This document shows, in pieces, positions 33,951 to 35,087 of a stretch of 35,087 nt of DNA. This DNA is from Hadesarchaea archaeon. GTDB lineage: Archaea; Hadarchaeota; Hadarchaeia; Hadarchaeales; Hadarchaeaceae. Both the position numbers and the translations under genes were made by a program. Under the pieces are notes generated by a model. That model worked only from the letters and a program-made list of their open reading frames with translations, searched no databases and was not told where the DNA came from. The stretch is from assembly GCA_030619825.1 (NCBI GenBank), contig JAUXAS010000003.1:1-35087 (forward strand), read 5' to 3'. Numbering within the stretch: position 1 is the first letter of the stretch; every line of letters starts with the position of its first letter.

Positions 33951-35087
33951 TTGAAAACTAAGGCAGAAGAACTCTTCAAAGAGTTTAGAGAGCATAGTGT
34001 CAGCGAGTTTTTCCGAAAAAATGCCGCGATGTTGGGCTACACGGGCAAAATCCGCTCGCTCACCACGGTCATCCACGAGGGCGTCACTAATGCCATCGAT
34101 GCTGCTGAGGAGGCTGGCGTGCTACCGAAGATTTCCGTCGAAATCAAGCGGGTCAATGAGGAGCCCGAGCACTTCAAGGTGGTGATCCAGGACAACGCCT
34201 CCGGCATTCCTGAAGAATATATCCCCAACGTGTTCGGCAAGATGCTTGCGGGCACCAAGCTCCACCGCCATATGCAGTCGCGGGGGCAACAGGGCATAGG
34301 CATCAGCGGGGCGGTGATGTTCTCCCAAATCACGAGCGGTAAGCCAGCAATAGTCACGACGTCAACCGGGAACGGCGATATTACACAAATGGACGTGATG
34401 ATAGATGTCGACAAAAACGAGGGAAAAATCGTCAGGAGCGAGAAAATCAGTGAATGTGTATTTGGTGAATGTGTATTTGACTGGGGTAAGGTGCCAGGAA
34501 ACGATGATGGGAGACTTCGAAACTTCCTTAAGGAAAAGTTTGGCACCGGTTGGGTAGAAAGTGCTGAAATCAAGAAAATCGATGGCGGCAATGCCATAAA
34601 GCTATCTTCAGATGAGAACTGGGTCAAAATTCGTCTCAGCAATGATAAAGACAAAGCTACTCTGAAAATCAGTGATGGCAAAACAGATGAGCTCGAAGTG
34701 AAAAAGAAAAATGGCGAGCTAAACATATACACTAAGGGGCCTGGGACGCGGGTCGAGCTCGAGGTTAAAGACGTCGCTTACATGCGTTCTAGATACGGGC
34801 CGTTCAATTATCTCCGCATGACGGCCATCTCTAACCCGCATGTCCACATAACATTCGTCGAACCAGACGGCATGCTCACGGTTTTTAAAAATGCCACCGG
34901 TACAATCCCGGAGCGACCCAAGCCCATGCCTTTGCATCCTTGGGGTATAATGTCCGACGATTTACTCGTTCTGGCGAAGCACACAAAGGGCCGAACCGTG
35001 GCGAGCTTTCTGTCTTCCGAGCTTTCGCGCGTCTCGAAGCGAAAAGCAGAAGAAGTTTTGAAGCTCTCGGGTGTCGACGCGAACAAG
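33951..35087 (+). CDS. top6B: DNA topoisomerase VI subunit B, 5' part (open at window end), carrying an in-frame insertion
   Basis: Not in the ORF track because there is no stop inside the window. TTG 33951 follows an in-frame TAA and AGGTGA. My translation gives EFFRKNAAMLGY, VTNAIDAAEEAG and DNASGIP...GQQGIGISG (Bergerat/GHKL fold), then PHPWG-like LHPWGI and an H2TH region. Confidence 0.9.
   Translation, partial: MKTKAEELFKEFREHSVSEFFRKNAAMLGYTGKIRSLTTVIHEGVTNAIDAAEEAGVLPKISVEIKRVNEEPEHFKVVIQDNASGIPEEYIPNVFGKMLAGTKLHRHMQSRGQQGIGISGAVMFSQITSGKPAIVTTSTGNGDITQMDVMIDVDKNEGKIVRSEKISECVFGECVFDWGKVPGNDDGRLRNFLKEKFGTGWVESAEIKKIDGGNAIKLSSDENWVKIRLSNDKDKATLKISDGKTDELEVKKKNGELNIYTKGPGTRVELEVKDVAYMRSRYGPFNYLRMTAISNPHVHITFVEPDGMLTVFKNATGTIPERPKPMPLHPWGIMSDDLLVLAKHTKGRTVASFLSSELSRVSKRKAEEVLKLSGVDANK
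34450..34479 (+). repeat. Perfect tandem duplication, 2 x 15 bp (GTGAATGTGTATTTG)
   Basis: Positions 34450-34464 and 34465-34479 are identical. The duplication is in frame and encodes ECVFG-ECVFD within top6B. Confidence 0.95.

Noticed and set aside
34443-34739. Intein as an explanation for the top6B insertion
   Set aside because: It is too short (about 97 aa). It lacks intein blocks: there is no C-terminal His-Asn followed by Cys/Ser/Thr, and no TxxH block B. The insertion site is a surface loop rather than a catalytic motif.

Overview
This is a 35-kb chromosomal fragment from an archaeon. The 16S rRNA 5' end is archaeal, and TBP, a thermosome, aIF-1A, Rio1 and Topo VI are present. It looks euryarchaeote-like, with housekeeping genes at roughly 55-65% GC. 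All calls come from reading the sequence and ORF track by eye; no database search was possible.

Gene order:
- A 3'-truncated 16S rRNA gene (minus strand).
- PRC-barrel protein, gamma-carbonic-anhydrase-like protein, moaE and moaD.
- tbp, a thiI-like gene and aroA.
- An ~11-kb type IV filament (Tad/Epd-like) locus at 6369-17435.
- Thermosome, pdaD and AMP phosphorylase.
- A tightly coupled trpEDCFBA operon with no trpG.
- Two small uncharacterised genes.
- A divergent pair of LeuA/CimA-family synthases.
- aIF-1A, Rio1, dcd and a KH protein.
- The 5' part of top6B, which runs off the window and is missing from the ORF track.

The filament locus is the accessory part of the window. It holds seven translationally coupled pilin-like genes, a membrane protein, an A24 prepilin peptidase, three QGATEY pilins, an HTH protein, two single-domain platform genes and a secretion ATPase.

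Most notable observations:
1. The architecture of the filament locus: split platform, ten class-III-signal-peptide proteins, Flp-type EY motif.
2. The prepilin peptidase's conserved first-Asp segment has no canonical start codon upstream.
3. A ~290-bp, ~41% GC, in-frame insertion in the GHKL domain of top6B, with a perfect 2 x 15-bp tandem duplication at its 5' edge.
4. TGTACA (TrpY-type TRP-box-like) hexamers in the trpE divergent promoter.
5. A ThiI homologue with degenerate PP-loop and Cys motifs.

No CRISPR array, transposase, integrase or tRNA gene was seen.
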